Assembly: GCA_022340405.1 (NCBI GenBank)
Contig: JAJDOA010000331.1
Coordinates: 1 to 38,235, forward strand
Source of the DNA: Desulfobacteraceae bacterium
GTDB lineage: Bacteria; Desulfobacterota; Desulfobacteria; Desulfobacterales; JAJDOA01
Direction of reading: 5' to 3'
Length of the DNA: 38,235 nucleotides
This document shows positions 36,797 to 38,235 of the stretch, one piece after another (the first letter of the stretch is position 1; every line of letters begins with the position of its first letter). Under the pieces are notes generated by a model. That model was given only the letters and a program-made list of their open reading frames with translations. It made no database searches and was not told where the DNA came from. The position numbers and the translations under genes are program-made.

Positions 36797-37219
36797 ATGG
36801 AATTGGACCGAATCCTCGTGCCGGTGGACGGGTCGGACTATTCCCTGCGAGCAGCCCGATATGCACTGAATCTGGGGAAAACCCTCAACAGCGAGATCGT
36901 CCTGGTCCATTGTCGCAAACAAGTGCCGCTCTATCTCGGGGAACCGTATTTTCAGGAGGCTCACGATCGGATTATGGAGCACACCGAGAAACTCATGCAG
37001 CCGTTCCGGGACCTGCTTTCCCAGAACGGCATCTCGGTGACGGAACGCATTCTCGAAGGTCGCCCGGCCGCGATGATCTGTGAATCGGCCCGGATCGAAA
37101 ACTGCGATTTGATCGTGATGGGATCGAGAGGCCGCAGCGATTGGCAGGGATTGCTGCTGGGCAGCGTGACCCACCGCGTTCTCCAGGCGACACCGGTGCC
37201 GGTCCTGGTGATTCGTTGA
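36797..37219 (+). CDS. Universal stress protein
   Basis: ILVPVDGS and DLIVMGSRG....GLLLGSV...VL....VPVLVIR. RBS aaggagg. Confidence 0.95.
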   Translation: MELDRILVPVDGSDYSLRAARYALNLGKTLNSEIVLVHCRKQVPLYLGEPYFQEAHDRIMEHTEKLMQPFRDLLSQNGISVTERILEGRPAAMICESARIENCDLIVMGSRGRSDWQGLLLGSVTHRVLQATPVPVLVIR

Positions 37220-37361
37220 CGTCGGGTCCCTGAACGAAATGCCGCACGGGGAAACTCCCCTGCTCCGACGCACTTGGAGGCAAACCTTGCCGTCTATGCA
37301 AAACAACCCATATTTCGGAAACCCGCTGGGGTCACCTTTGCCAGAGACAGAGAGGTGCACC

Positions 37362-37694
37362 ATGTCCGCCGCCGCACAGCCCGCAGCCGCCGAGCAGAGA
37401 AACTTCGACCGTCATGTCTACAGCATCCCCATCTGGTTCGCCTATTTCAACCGAAACCATTACCACCCCGCACGGATGCACGACTACGGCGAAGGCGGTA
37501 TCCGGTTCTACACCGAATTTCCGGTAAAGGAAGGCTCGGTCATCGTGATTCGGCTGGATCCAACCCGCCCCGTTCCTGCGGGTGCCTCCTGCAAGCCCGG
37601 CTTTCGCAACCTCTCACTGCTGGAGGTGCGGTGGTGCCGCGAAACGACAAGGAACTCCGTGGCGGCGTACGAGGTTGGCGGGCGGTATTTCTAG
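37362..37694 (+). CDS. PilZ-domain protein (stand-alone)
   Basis: EQRNFDR (RxxxR), DYGEGG (variant of DxSxxG), EVRWC and YEVG. RBS gaggt. Confidence 0.82.
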   Translation: MSAAAQPAAAEQRNFDRHVYSIPIWFAYFNRNHYHPARMHDYGEGGIRFYTEFPVKEGSVIVIRLDPTRPVPAGASCKPGFRNLSLLEVRWCRETTRNSVAAYEVGGRYF

Positions 37695-37696
37695 TG

Positions 37697-38004
37697 TAGT
37701 GTCCCGGATGTTTCTTCAAAAAAGCATCGCTCCAGCAAAGCCTCCAAGCCACGATCGAGACGGGCCAAATCCGAATATCGAAATCCGAACTCCGAAACAA
37801 ATCCAAAGCACGAATGATCCAATGCTCCAAACAACGGATAAAAAAGCCATTAAAAATCCAGTCGATGCATTACATGGTTTTGAAAATTTGAATTTGGGTC
37901 ATTTGAAATTGTTTCGGATTTCGTGCTTTGCTGATCGAATCCTTGGGATCGACCCAAACAAAGGCCGTTTCTTTTTTCTCGTAATTTGTGGGACAAAATG
38001 CTAG
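37697..38004 (-). mobile_element. MITE-like element, family B long inverted copy
   Basis: Starts tagtgtcccggatgtttcttcaa, the exact reverse complement of 428-450, and ends ttgtgggacaaaatgctag. Carries an extra segment with a second, oppositely oriented heptamer array. Confidence 0.72.
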
Positions 38005-38147
38005 AAGCCATCTCAAAATTAGGATTTTCGTTCAGGGTCAAGGAGGATCCGAGTTTGCAGCCGCAGGAATACGGCTGGTTTTCGAGGACTGGAAACGAGG
38101 ACCGGAAGCCGAGATGGGGCGAAAAGACAATTTTGAGATCACTTCTA
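38002..38147 (+). mobile_element. MITE-like element, family A complete copy (146 bp)
   Basis: TIRs tagaagccatctcaaaatt / aattttgagatcacttcta match 17/19, with TA at both ends. Confidence 0.8.
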
Positions 38148-38164
38148 TAGTCCGGGCGCCCATC

Positions 38165-38235
38165 TTAGCGTCTCCGGCGGCGAACCTGCGTCCTCACCGG
38201 TGCAACGGGGGTCATCTTCGGGTACATCCCTTTTT
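38165..38235 (-). CDS. Possible 3' end of a gene entering from beyond the window
   Basis: An open frame ...KGMYPKMTPVAPVRTQVRRRRR-TAA ends just before the MITE. Too short to identify. Confidence 0.3.
   Translation of the reverse strand, partial: KGMYPKMTPVAPVRTQVRRRRR

Noticed and set aside
37274-37345. c-di-GMP-I riboswitch or sigma-54 site upstream of the second PilZ gene (ggcaaacc...)
   Set aside because: No GNRA-capped P2 or GACGCAAAG junction, and the GG-GC spacing is 11 or 8 nt, not 10.
302-38004. Similar ORF tails at 302-898 (-) and 37582-38004 (+), ending LVTCGTGH and LVICGTKC
   Set aside because: The similarity comes from reading through the same non-coding repeat (family B), not from a protein family.

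Overview
GC-rich bacterial chromosomal segment. Gene content and repeat style suggest Desulfobacterota/Deltaproteobacteria (inference). It holds about 39 CDS. These include SDR, DJ-1 and O-methyltransferase enzymes, a lone receiver domain, a complete four-gene TPR-associated TRAP transporter (TatT-DctP-DctQ-DctM), PduO plus an FNR-type reductase, a translationally coupled pair of dynamin-like GTPases divergent from hslO, an MFS transporter and a TPR-SPOR protein. Further along are a LIV-type ABC operon ending in a LUD-domain gene, an MltD-like transglycosylase, a hybrid kinase, lgt, a SLOG/LMW-phosphatase/GalT-like operon, a hydrolase with a gamma-CA, and a PAS kinase/NarL regulator followed by a Cys-rich microprotein, two PilZ proteins and a Usp. 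I saw no rRNA, tRNA, CRISPR array or transposase. The intergenic DNA is rich in non-autonomous repeats: at least four MITE-like families with TA/CTAG ends, nested or abutting at both window ends, plus GTAG-type REPs. Two of these families share an internal hairpin core. A consensus sigma-54 promoter at 28915 precedes a structured ~260-nt region and a small Zn-ribbon ORF. Start codons were chosen by eye from RBS and family context.
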